Notes under the pieces: model-generated
Database searches by the model: none
The model's input: the letters and a program-made list of their open reading frames with translations, nothing else
What the model was told of the DNA's origin: nothing
DNA from: Eutreptiella sp. 'Long Island Sound 2002'
Lineage: Eukaryota; Protista; Euglenida
Direction: 5' to 3'
Assembly: GCA_964036045.1 (NCBI GenBank)
Contig: OZ038378.1
Location: 195,176,001-195,240,000 of the forward strand
DNA length: 64,000 bases
Shown: one piece after another, positions 44,901 to 53,931 of the stretch
How the letters are laid out: each line of letters starts with the position of its first letter
Numbering within the stretch: position 1 is the stretch's first letter
Translations under genes and position numbers: made by a program

Positions 44901-47461
44901 GCCGGGGGGCAGTGCGTGGTACCGGATCGAGCACGCCGGGCGCGGCGTCCATCGGATGGTGGTGGTGGCCCTGGACCCGGCGCGGAGCGAGGCCGTGACC
45001 GGCATCGTGCTCCGCCCGCCGACCCCGGTCCTCTGCTCACATTCATTGCTCGCATATGGCCGTGTAGCCTCGAACCGCAGCTCCGTGCAGCAGTCTGCAG
45101 GCTGTGTGCAGCCTGTGCTGCTCCCACGATCATATCATCCTGGCATCCCCCACCCCCCCCCGAACACACAAACACAGACACGGGCTTCATATGCTCGTGC
45201 CTTTGGGCGTAACAAGCCTTCGCTCCTGCCTACTCGTGTCGCCCTGGTACGTTCACCCATCAGCAGACCGGCCTCCGGTCGCCCCCACCCTGCCCCAGGG
45301 CTACCCCGCTCACGCCCAGCATGCGCATTCATACACCTTCGCAGCCCACTGGCCCCACTCGACGTGCCGGCGCCAGCAGGCACATGTCCCCCACGGTAAT
45401 CACTGCAGCTACCCCGGTCAGTCAAGAGAAACGAGCACATGACCCTTGCATCCACGCCCCCCCGGGTGTGAACCCCACCGCTCTCGGGTCCAACAACTCC
45501 GAAGCATCCGACAGTCGATGGTTCGGGCGCGAGGGTTGACCCGCCTCGTCGTGCGCCAGCGTATAGGCGACTCCTCCACGTGGGATTGAGGCCTCGGAGC
45601 CCCATATTTCGGCCACCACTCAAGGCGTTGCGCAGAGGAATTTTGCAGGACAGACCTGTGCCCGGAGCGCCTGTGCCGCAACTGAGTCAATATGCAGGAA
45701 TGCAGAATGTGCAGTCCTCACCACCGCTTAGTGTTTTTGCTCGGGGCACACTCTGTTGTTCCCGGCACTCAGGTGACCTCACGAGCCTTGCAGTACTTTT
45801 TGGGGGGGGATGCTGGGGACGTGGAGGGAGAATGTGTGGGGGAAGGGGGGCACGGCGGCGCTGGAACTGCTGCCATGGTCCGCCTGGTTCAGCAATGGAT
45901 GGGCAAAGTGGCTCGGATCGTCAACAACTGCTGTCTGGAAAGATGTGGTTGATCTGTCACCAGAAATGTGGCGGCAGGCGGCTTTTCTGCGATTACCTGT
46001 TCGTTGTCAGTGCTGGACATGGGGGCAAGTGCATTTCCGGGAGCGTTCCCGCTTTCCGGACGCGGCCCCCGCTGAAAAAGGCTCCCGTGATCGACGCCCC
46101 CCCCCCCCCCCCCCGCCCTCGCCGCCAAGCCTGAAAAGATAAAGCCGGCACTTTGCCAGTTTGAAGACCCTTTCACTCCCCCACACCACACAATTGCCCC
46201 TGCAGGCAATGGACTGGGGTGTGCGGGGCAGCAAAGTGCGCCCATGCAGCTGGTCCATGAGGGTGTTGGGCACGGTGGTAGGCACAGGTAAACTTCAAGC
46301 ACAGTGCTTCGAATCCCCCTGTTCACGGCTCTCAACAAGAAGAGGTTATTGGTTTCATGTGGAAGAAAAATCTTGTCGAATCAAATGGAAGTCTTGAAGC
46401 CCTATTTCTGGCTTCCAGCTCCGCCGTTAGCCTCGATTGAGTGCTAAGAGATCCTGCAAGGCAGCTCCTCGCAGTTCGTCCCCTCCCCGTTTTCTTCGCC
46501 CCAGATTGACGTAGAGAGGGAGCCTTTGGTCCGCTTCAGCTCGATGCATGTGATGGTCCAAGACGACCAGGTCACCACTGCAGGTAAGCCCGAGAGCCTT
46601 CGATCTGGCATTTTGCCCGTCATGTTCTTAACGGCGTCGGCCCAGCAGCTGTGTCTGCGGGTGCTTGTCTGCAGCATCGGATCGTTCTCCGTGATGTCTC
46701 TTCCCCCGCGATGCCAGCACTGTCCCCATGTCGTCTCCTCAGATGAGACATCCGCCTCTCTGTATTTGAAGGATATTGTGTTTCTGTACAAGTATGCAGC
46801 GCTGGCTTGCAGTTTGTCTTTGGGCTGTTGGGACCTGCCGGTAGGCCTGAGCGTAGTGCTGTCTGCGAGCAGGAAGCAGCCAGGCTCTTGTGTGACAGAT
46901 GGGGCAACTCCTCCAAACATTTCTACTGAAGCCTGTGTGTGTGGAGGGTTTCCTGGGGTGTTGAGGGCTGCGGACCCCTCCACACACCACAACCAGCACT
47001 GCTGAGGCGAATAGCTACAATCGTGGTGGGGGCAATGTTGGAATTGCCTGCCAACATTGTGCGGAGGGCATCAATAGTGTGGCGGCAGTTGTGTGACGCC
47101 CGACACAGTTGTGTCCCGCTACGATGGCTCTGCGTGCTCTTGTGCTGTATGCCTGTCGTGAGAATGTGCACCGTCTGGATTGCGTCACCCTGGCAGGCTT
47201 GTTGAGGGCAAGGTCCTTCCCAGCTATGCCGCACACTGTGCACACATTGCGGGTGTGCCGCAGCCGGTGCTGCAACGTGCGACTGACATTCTGCGTCGTT
47301 GGCAGTCAGGCCACGTGGTGCTTGAGGCAGATGGTGATTGCAGCAGAAAATTGGAGGCCATTCACAAGGAAATTTGCCAGCGCTTTGCAGAATTTGACAT
47401 TGATAATGGTGATTTGCAGGAGTTCATGCATTATCTTGCACAAGCACACGAGCGCATCTGA
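20851..47461 (+). CDS. MSH5: MutS homolog 5, complete 25-exon model, 806 aa
   Basis: Exons 20851-20901, 21130-21164, 21250-21307, 21797-21827, 21935-22015, 22101-22199, 22404-22477, 22745-22827, 22985-23030, 23839-24128, 27259-27516, 29796-29970, 31674-31761, 33176-33275, 33460-33538, 35395-35470, 35965-36004, 38655-38676, 39308-39338, 40346-40412, 41099-41232, 44568-44677, 46505-46583, 46743-46791 and 47197-47461 sum to 2421 nt, with all introns GT-AG and phase-matched. Motifs: VLAVVWN..RLG, IDKNTLEALQVFKSDQHP..KEGLSLYG, GRHPLQEL, TGPNTSGKSVYIKQVGLI, LLLLDEFGKGT..DG, VATHY, SYA.HCA..AG; these are colinear with MSH5-type proteins. Confidence 0.95.
21130..21164 (+). CDS. MSH5: MSH5 exon 2 (AVLAVVWNQQT)
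   Basis: CAG/GT bounds; matches the N-terminal strand of MSH5. Confidence 0.85.
21250..21307 (+). CDS. MSH5: MSH5 exon 3 (RLGFAHWNESDQIVRLGECF)
   Basis: CAG/GTATGT bounds, phase 2/0. Confidence 0.85.
21797..21827 (+). CDS. MSH5: MSH5 exon 4 (DSSDFLNVHK)
   Basis: TAG/GTATGT bounds, phase 0/1. Confidence 0.8.
21935..22015 (+). CDS. MSH5: MSH5 exon 5 (IVYDIRPTFVVAPANSDKRL)
   Basis: TAG/GTATGT bounds, phase 1/1. Confidence 0.85.
22101..22199 (+). CDS. MSH5: MSH5 exon 6 (HDFSYEAAKQRL)
   Basis: CAG/GTATGA bounds, phase 1/1. Confidence 0.85.
22404..22477 (+). CDS. MSH5: MSH5 exon 7 (..HGSIFGPDAALM)
   Basis: CAG/GTATCA bounds, phase 1/0. Confidence 0.75.
22745..22827 (+). CDS. MSH5: MSH5 exon 8 (ISSVGGLITFL..)
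   Basis: CAG/GTATGC bounds, phase 0/2. Confidence 0.85.
22985..23030 (+). CDS. MSH5: MSH5 exon 9 (VGMMSIDKNTLEALQ)
   Basis: TAG/GTGTGT bounds, phase 2/0. Confidence 0.9.
23131..23616. mobile_element. Foldback/MITE-like element in MSH5 intron 9
   Basis: Arms of about 86 bp at 23131-23217 and 23531-23616 are inverted copies with few mismatches. Confidence 0.8.
23839..24128 (+). CDS. MSH5: MSH5 exon 10 (VFKSDQHP..KEGLSLYG..LRKWFLQP..)
   Basis: CAG/GTGTCT bounds, phase 0/2. Confidence 0.95.
24161..24320. repeat. 20-bp minisatellite, 8 copies
   Basis: AATGSCCTAGTAACCCTGCC consensus in exact 20-nt register. Confidence 0.9.
27259..27516 (+). CDS. MSH5: MSH5 exon 11 (STLHDW..SVVDFQAS..LDEYKRVYE)
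   Basis: CAG/GTATGT bounds, phase 2/2. Confidence 0.95.
27543..27770 (+). repeat. Dispersed repeat copy A (inverted partner of 32919-33134)
   Basis: Near-identical reverse complement of 32919-33134 apart from a ~12-bp indel. Confidence 0.9.
29796..29970 (+). CDS. MSH5: MSH5 exon 12 (LDDLLTQVA..VAYFPQIGYLI..)
   Basis: CAG/GTGCGG bounds, phase 2/0. Confidence 0.95.
31674..31761 (+). CDS. MSH5: MSH5 exon 13 (FMSEELIYYKN..LGDIHG)
   Basis: CAG/GTGTCT bounds, phase 0/1. Confidence 0.95.
32919..33134 (-). repeat. Dispersed repeat copy B (inverted partner of 27543-27770)
   Basis: See copy A. Confidence 0.9.
33176..33275 (+). CDS. MSH5: MSH5 exon 14 (DLEADII..AAELD)
   Basis: CAG/GTGTGC bounds, phase 1/2. 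Confidence 0.9.
33460..33538 (+). CDS. MSH5: MSH5 exon 15 (CILSLAVVA..YVRP)
   Basis: CAG/GTATGT bounds, phase 2/0. Confidence 0.95.
34050..35110. repeat. Degenerate G-rich/C-rich foldback low-complexity repeats in intron 15
   Basis: A G/T-rich half (34680-34850) mirrors a C/A-rich half (34850-35110), for example GCTGCAGAAGG / CCTTCTGCAGC. A smaller pair lies at about 34050-34270. Confidence 0.5.
35395..35470 (+). CDS. MSH5: MSH5 exon 16 (HNGRHPLQELVVDHFIPND)
   Basis: MutS GRHP motif; CAG/GTATGG bounds. Confidence 0.95.
35965..36004 (+). CDS. MSH5: MSH5 exon 17 (GIVNLVTGPNTS)
   Basis: First half of the Walker A motif; CAG/GTATGC bounds. Confidence 0.95.
38655..38676 (+). CDS. MSH5: MSH5 exon 18, 22-nt micro-exon (GKSVYIKQ)
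   Basis: Second half of the Walker A motif; CAG/GTATGC bounds, phase 2/0. Confidence 0.9.
39308..39338 (+). CDS. MSH5: MSH5 exon 19 (VGLIVYMAHI)
   Basis: TAG/GTATGG bounds, phase 0/1. Confidence 0.9.
40346..40412 (+). CDS. MSH5: MSH5 exon 20 (GCFVPA..DRLFTRIH)
   Basis: Conserved MutS motif; CAG/GTATGG bounds. Confidence 0.95.
41099..41232 (+). CDS. MSH5: MSH5 exon 21 (..SLLLLDEFGKGT..)
   Basis: Walker B motif; CAG/GTGCCC bounds. Confidence 0.95.
41330..43215. repeat. Composite satellite block: (TGTGG)n, (GTGCT)n, a ~53-bp TTTTAGGG-containing minisatellite and an ~18-19-bp AGGCAGGGCATCCTGCAC repeat; the composite unit occurs twice
   Basis: Read directly; units at about 41870-42780 and 42810-43215. 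Confidence 0.8.
43738..43996. repeat. Dispersed repeat bounded by a G-run and a C-run
   Basis: G-run at the left end, C-run at the right end; shares a core with 15745-15910. Confidence 0.55.
44568..44677 (+). CDS. MSH5: MSH5 exon 22 (DGVALL..CPMVYVATHYTE)
   Basis: CAG/GTATGC bounds, phase 1/0. Confidence 0.95.
46505..46583 (+). CDS. MSH5: MSH5 exon 23 (..PLVRFSSMHVM..)
   Basis: CAG/GTAAGC bounds, phase 0/1. Confidence 0.85.
46743..46791 (+). CDS. MSH5: MSH5 exon 24 (..DIVFLY)
   Basis: CAG/GTATGC bounds, phase 1/2. Confidence 0.85.
47197..47461 (+). CDS. MSH5: MSH5 exon 25, terminal (KLVEGKVLPSYAAHCAHIAGVP..*)
   Basis: MutS C-terminal HTH motif; TGA stop at 47459-47461. Confidence 0.95.
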
Positions 47462-50109
47462 ATCTTAAGCCCCATGGCTTGAGTTTTATCCTACGGTGGC
47501 GTTGCTTCATATGTGCTGGTTCATGTGTGTGCCATCTTGCATCCTTTCCTCCGAGATCCATTTGCATCCTTGCCAGCATGCGAAGCCCTGACAAACCCTA
47601 ATTGCATCCCCTGGGTTTGTTTTCACCTTGGAGTTCTACTTCCTTGAGGTGATGCAATCCTGCACTTTGAAGTTAGAAACGGACCATGCATCGGCGCTTC
47701 TTCAGCCCAAACAATGTGTCGTGTTAACCACCTTAGGTACCTTTCATGTTGTTCAGGTGACTAAATGTGATGTGTCTGTAGGAAATTTGGCACCAAAGGG
47801 GTGTGCATCCTGTTCTGAGAGCAAAGACCTTGTGCAGTGCTGTAGTGCATGTGGGTTCATCACGCTGTCTTCTTTGGAGCAGAAATGACAGTACAGCCAG
47901 CCAATACTTTTGGACACTTTCAGAATAGAGAGTCCTTGATGACGGTAGCTGTGAATTCAGGTGTAGTAGTGCTTTGCTGAACCTCTCATGTCTGTCCAGT
48001 GCAGCCAATAGCACATGAGCGTTGTTCACTAGTTTCATGTGCACCAAGCTCTGCTTTACACCTCGTGTGAACACGTACCTCAATCCAACATGCACATTGT
48101 CTATGAGACCTCCCATCTGAGTGCATTTTGGGTTGAACAACACCAGATGCATATAGAAGTTGTATTTCCTGCTGGATTGAGACTGTTGGCATTTATTTGC
48201 TTGCTCAGTCACCAGACTTTTGCCAACTGTGTGATCCAAATCTTCATTGAGTTTTCTTGAGGACCTAAGGACCAAGGGAATTGTTGAGAAAGGAGTTTTG
48301 CCTGTCCATGCACTGGGATTGGGGACAACAACCATTCTTTTAGAAGTTGCTGCTATTTGGTTTGCTCAGAAAAATGACTGAACCAATGCATTCTGTCAGG
48401 CTTTGCTGAGTGTGCCAAACACGCTGAGATTCATGGGATGGCTGTTGCAATGGTAAAGTTGACATTCACAACGTGTTTTTGTGTGGGGTAGTTGTATTAT
48501 GGAGAGTTCCCAGTACCCAAGTTCAAATGTGTTGAGTGTAGTACACAATACGCAGGGCTGTTGAAGCAATTTTGTGTACGCACATAATAGATTTACCCTG
48601 TTTAACGTTGTGTAGTTTAATTTTTTGGTTGTTTTTGGGTATTTTTTGGGAAGATACGGCCTGATTATGAGGTAGAAACTTAGACGGAATTGCTACTCTC
48701 ACCATGATGTATTTGCTTTTTGCAACATGCCTGAACGACCTCTTAGCTGGACCAGCCATCGGGACTGCCTTAGCTTCAGTGGACGAAAACAAATTGCCAA
48801 AGAAGTGCATTTCATTCAAACATGTAGTACATCTTCGTCTGAGTGCACCTCCTTAGGTGCCCCATAAGGTTCAAACCATTGTTCAACCAAAATTTTCACA
48901 GTCTGTTCCCCTGCAGAGTATATTCATATTGCAGTTGTGGTTGTGTATTATTACTGCTTTCCTAGTAGTCTCCATTTTTGACAATGCTTACTGATTTCAG
49001 CAACCGGTCAGAGACTTATTTCGACAGAAGAGAACTTTGTTCGGCTGTATATGCCGTGCATGCTTTGTGCCGTTCCCGTCATCAATAAGCCGGGAGAAGA
49101 CATAGACGTCAAGTCAAAGAGGTGCCCGCTTGGACTCCAAACTGCTTTTCGAAAAAAAAATTCTGTATCGAAAAGAATCGGAGAGAACATGTAAGTATTC
49201 TACAAAGTCCATTCATTCGGTCTGTTGAGTCCACTTTTTTTGGCCGCCGTCCTGCAGAAGCAACAAACAAGGGTGAACAAGAAATACACATATATGCATA
49301 TCATATAAAAAAACTGAGCAGTGTGTCTAACTGCAACTTATACCTGAACAAATCTCATTCAACTGGGCTTTGAATCTTTGATCCATTCTTGTGATCTCCT
49401 GATTCCCATTTCCGATTCTATGAGCTATCGACACCTAGCGTGCAGAAAAAGGATAGAGGCAACACAAAGTAATTACTACACACAAAAACCATGCACAGAA
49501 GAAATACTGAACAAGTAGTAGAGTGACAACAACGAAGCCACAAGCGGCAACACATTGATGCAGTTTTAAGAAAAAATATATCAGACATCAGACAATATCA
49601 CTGACCGCCAACATAGATAACGTACAGATCACGTTTGCCTCAAGGCAGAGAATACCTTGGGCACACATGCAGTTAGATGGGTGCATTACACACAGGCACA
49701 CCAAACAGGTACATCCAATACACAAACGGAACGTTAGGTCCAACACCGGCAGGGCTGGCCAAGTGGGACTTCGACGGAGTTACTTACGCCTCATAGGAGA
49801 GTACACTGCCATCCAGCGTTCTAATCACTTCCAAAGAGGTCGTGACTACATCACACCAAGAGGTGAGCATTCACATGCCAACATATTGTAAAAGGCGCTA
49901 ACGATTGGCAACACTTATTATCAGCGTGGCATTCACGCCCACAAGCATTTTTCATAGTCTGAACACACGCACAAGCATGCTCGCAACGCAGTCCGAAACA
50001 TATGTTGCGAAAGTGAAAACGAACATCCTAAAACATTCGTGTATGTTAAATAACCTAGAAATCACCCTTGCTTCCTCAAAAGCGCTGCCTTTGCGCGCTT
50101 GACTCGCTT

Positions 50110-50520
50110 GCCGCCTGTGGTACGTGTCTAGCGGTTGGCTTTGGCAGCATCAACACCGCCCATCATTGTTCATTCTTGCTGCAAATGCCTCACGTGTCCT
50201 CTCAGATTGATGTTGATCTTCAGATTTCTAGACCTCCACTCCCGTCACAGTTCATTCACTGCTTTGAGCTTTGCGGCTACCATTTTGGTGTCTTTCTTCC
50301 GTTCCGGCAACCCCTAAAGCTGCGCCCCTTGAATTTCTTGAGTTTTGTTGATCTTGATCGTTGTTTTGTAGCGCTGTCGTGCGGCCCTCAATTGTTAGTA
50401 GTGTGCTTCCCTCGCGGCGTCAAGCAGCTCTTGAATCCTTTCTTCGGCTCCCAAAAGTTGCACACCTTGGCTTTCTCCAGTGTCATAGCCGCGTTTGTGA
50501 TAGCTTCTTCTGCCGCTCTC
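50110..50520 (-). pseudogene. Fossil coiled-coil-like reading frame with several in-frame stops
   Basis: One frame reads QLLGAEERIQELLDAAREAHY*QLRAARQRYK...KLKAVNEL*REWR..., with stops at 50397, 50316, 50247 and 50172 and no frameshift. Its origin is unknown. Confidence 0.3.
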
Positions 50521-52812
50521 TGTGGCTTTCCAAGTCAGGCTGCGATGCCGTTGATCACTGCTCTAGCTTGTTGTACGACTCCTTGACGGCAGCTCTTCAA
50601 GAGCATGTCGTGCACCACGCCATTTTTTTTAAAAAAGAAACATCGTGCTGCCGTTCTCGGCAACCGCTATAGCCATACCAGTACGTGTTTTCGATCAATA
50701 GGACTGTTACGAAATTATTTCTTTTTGAATCAAAACCATTTTGTAATCCCGAAAGTCAAACACGGCAATCACAACCTTCACTAAAATCGAATACATCAAA
50801 AACAAATTGTCATCCCACTTATCTAAACGTGATAAAAAATAAAAGAAGCGATAAATGAATCAAATACTTTCTGCCACCTATTTCCTTGATGACCACCGGT
50901 GATTGCGCACAGGTGGTTGACTGGTGACGCTACATCCAAGTCTAATCACAAGCCCCATTTCGGAAATTTTCTTCTTGCATGCGGACATTCCTCAGGGAGG
51001 TTGTGGTCCCGTCAATGACGACCATGGCTGAAGCAGCCCTGTGGTCCTCACGTTACGGAGGTAGAGCTGGGTTGCCTAGGTCCGGCTTGAGATCTTCACC
51101 TTGGGAAGTTGCAAAATGATTGCCTAAATTGGGCACATTGCTCAGAATAATATTTTAAAAAAAGAAGACAAAGAAGTGCATGCACATGCACCCATAGTAC
51201 ACCGGAGGTGTTGACTGCTTGCGCCAGCGCGACGGAGACCTTCCAAGGATCAGCTCACGGTGCTGAGGATGGCCTGATGACAGGTAACAAGGGTGGTGGT
51301 GTTGGCAGACAAAACTGGTGGTGTTCTCCCACCACCACCAAGGTACTCACCTACCCAGTCATCACGACGCGTTGACCAACCATGTGTCGCGCAAAGGTCT
51401 GTACTAGTGAGCCAAACTATCAGCCAAAGGCGGCGAACACCGCCAAAGGGGAAGGAACAAGTGACGGAGCACACCAAGGCCAGTGCGAAGGGAACCAAAC
51501 GGTGCTCCTTATAGTACCTTTGCCGATGACTTCTCAAAGGTGGTAGCAGCCGTGGTTTTGACCATACACTACCATGTCTTGCACACGCTACCATTGCGAT
51601 ACGGCCGTTGCATGGCCCAACAGAAGCACACAGCAGAATGCATGCGGGACAAAACACACATCTGAGCAAGAACGCAAAGTATGCGAAAAAGGGGACGAAT
51701 ACAATTTTTCACCGTGAAGTTATGGCAAAATAGCCCAGTGTACGCTTCTTGCTTTGTTCAGATCGACGTGTGCCTAACATAATGCGATATTGCTATCTTC
51801 CAGATTTTATCATTGCCGCCAAGCAAAGTCCGCTAAACTTGGGGCTGCTTTCTAGCTCCGCTTTGCGACCTACTATGACAACCGGCTGATGTGCTAGGTC
51901 TTTGTATCAATACTACAGGTCTGCGCCACCACCGTCAAGTCAAGTAAGAAAAAGTGTATTTCTCTGCCAAAAGGTTAGCTTAAGTTGTTATAAAGAGGCC
52001 TAGGGGCATAACACATTTTTATCTTAGTATTGGCCTATCCAAAAAGGGGTGACACGACATTTTGACCTATAAAACCAAGCATTGATCTATGGATGTTGTG
52101 TGGACCCCTGATCCCCCAACTGATTGATCTTATACACCATTTCCTGGACTGACTGAGGCACTGACATTGATCCAGAGCCTATACATTTTTCTATGTTTTC
52201 TCATGAATGCTTAGCTATCCTAGTGGTCTGCACCCTAGGGGGCTGTGGCACCTCTTTTTGAGAGGTCCTGGGTTCAATTCCCAGTCAGCCTAGCTAAGTA
52301 GGAATATCCCATGTGACATGGCAGTGACCTCAGCGCCACAAGCCATGGCACCTCAGCACCTATGGGACCCAAAACAAAGAGTGCACATCTCTAGATGGCA
52401 CTATAAAAGAGAGAATGCCCATGTGGGCAGTTTTTCCATGTTTGTAGGATATTTTCTAACTATCTTTTCCTAAATGTGTAGTTGTTGTGAGTTTCCTTTG
52501 TTGTATCACTATCTCCTCTGACTGCAGCCCTTCATGTTGTGGATTTGATCCTGTGGTCCTTTGCCTTGCAACTGTGGGTACTTATTTGGGTTGATTTCAT
52601 CAAAACTTATTTGTTTGGAAAACCTGAACTACATCAAGCAGCAGCAGCAGCAAGCAGGGGCATCAACAAAACAATACAATCAAAGCATTCAACAGTGAAA
52701 GCCTGTTTTAACTTTCTGGTACCAGAGAATTTCAGTCTTTGCGTACGTGCAACTCCGTGCAGTACAACCAGTACGTCGAGACTGACTCCACTGAAGGGCG
52801 AAGAAATACAAT

Positions 52813-53931
52813 ATGGACACCAAGGACACTGCCGCGACAACAGTGCCCTCAGTGGCACCAGCCAAGCCAACGCCAGCGCCCACACCTGCTGGTGAACCTG
52901 AACCTGAGAAGCCTGTACCTTCAGTGCCCTTAAGTGGGCTGAGGGATGATTCTCTGGCAGGCTTGAGAGCTGCCTTCAGTGGTCTATCCGTGCGAGGACC
53001 TGAAGGCAAAGAGAAGGAGAAGGAGAAGCAAGCAGTGGACATGGGAGCCGAACAGGTACACCCTGGAGATGGATATGGACCATCCGACGAGGCGCCCTTC
53101 GAGGACACACCTGAGGAGAGCGCTCCAAGCGCCTCTGCTGCAGTACCCTCTGCAACAACCACTACACTCCCAGCCACACATCCAGCTACATCCTCATTCA
53201 CAGCCACTCCACCTATGGCTGAGGGTCTAGGCTTTACTGGAATGCCTTACCCCACCTATGGGGTGACTCCAGCCGCAACTGTGCCACCTATGGCAACTGC
53301 AGTCAGCGAACCAGTGGCATCCAGCTCCACCCACACTGGTGCGCCTGTGCCTATGCCGCGCCGATATGTGGATGGCTATCATAGACCTGCGGCGGGTGTG
53401 TACATGACTGGGATACCTGGCTATGCGCCACCCGAGCCTGGCTACACTATGCCTGCACCTGGTTTCACTTCCCTGAGTGGCCTACGTGGCCCTGAGTCTC
53501 TTGGAGAAAGGAGTAGAGGGTCTGGAAGATCCTCCAACAGGTCCCTGACGCGGTCGGAGATAAAAGAGGGTCTCCGAGGAGCCACCTCTGAACTTGTTGG
53601 TGACCTCACTCAGGAGATTTGGGCTAAACTGGAGCCCCTGATTCCTCCCCAAGCGTCACCTACCATCGTGGGAGGTTCACCTCACCGAGTACAAGGCAAT
53701 CACCTGGTGGCGGGGCTGACGAACACCCTGGGAAGCTCGAGGAGCCGACCGATGCCGACCCCCGCTGTGATACCGAGAAGCCCATTTATACCAAGAACTG
53801 CCAAGCCCCCCTACAGCCATGCGGAGAATTCCACGAGAGCCGAGCTGGACCGGTTGGGGCTGACAGCCCTAAGAGTGACGCGTTCCCGTGGGGGGCCGGC
53901 CACGGGACGCTGCGGTGACACGCACAAGTGA
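52813..53931 (+). mobile_element. Pro/Ala/Thr-rich 372-aa ORF, probably a retroelement gag-like ORF1, 3'-truncated
   Basis: Long intron-free low-complexity ORF in a TE cluster with no recognisable catalytic motif. TGTGACA|TGG (LTR-end/PBS-like) lies at about 52313-52322. Confidence 0.45.

Noticed and set aside
43490-45190. 566-aa minus-strand ORF
   Set aside because: It is an antisense read-through of GC-rich repeats and MSH5 exon 22, with no domain signal.
20902-47196. Euglenid-type non-conventional (non GT-AG) introns or an introner family
   Set aside because: All 24 MSH5 introns resolve as GT-AG, and their ends share no sequence that would indicate a common intron-generating element.
47620-48820. 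Cys-rich (CASC..CCSACG) and other ORFs downstream of MSH5 as a PHD-finger gene
   Set aside because: The Cys/His pattern is incomplete and no consistent exon chain was found.
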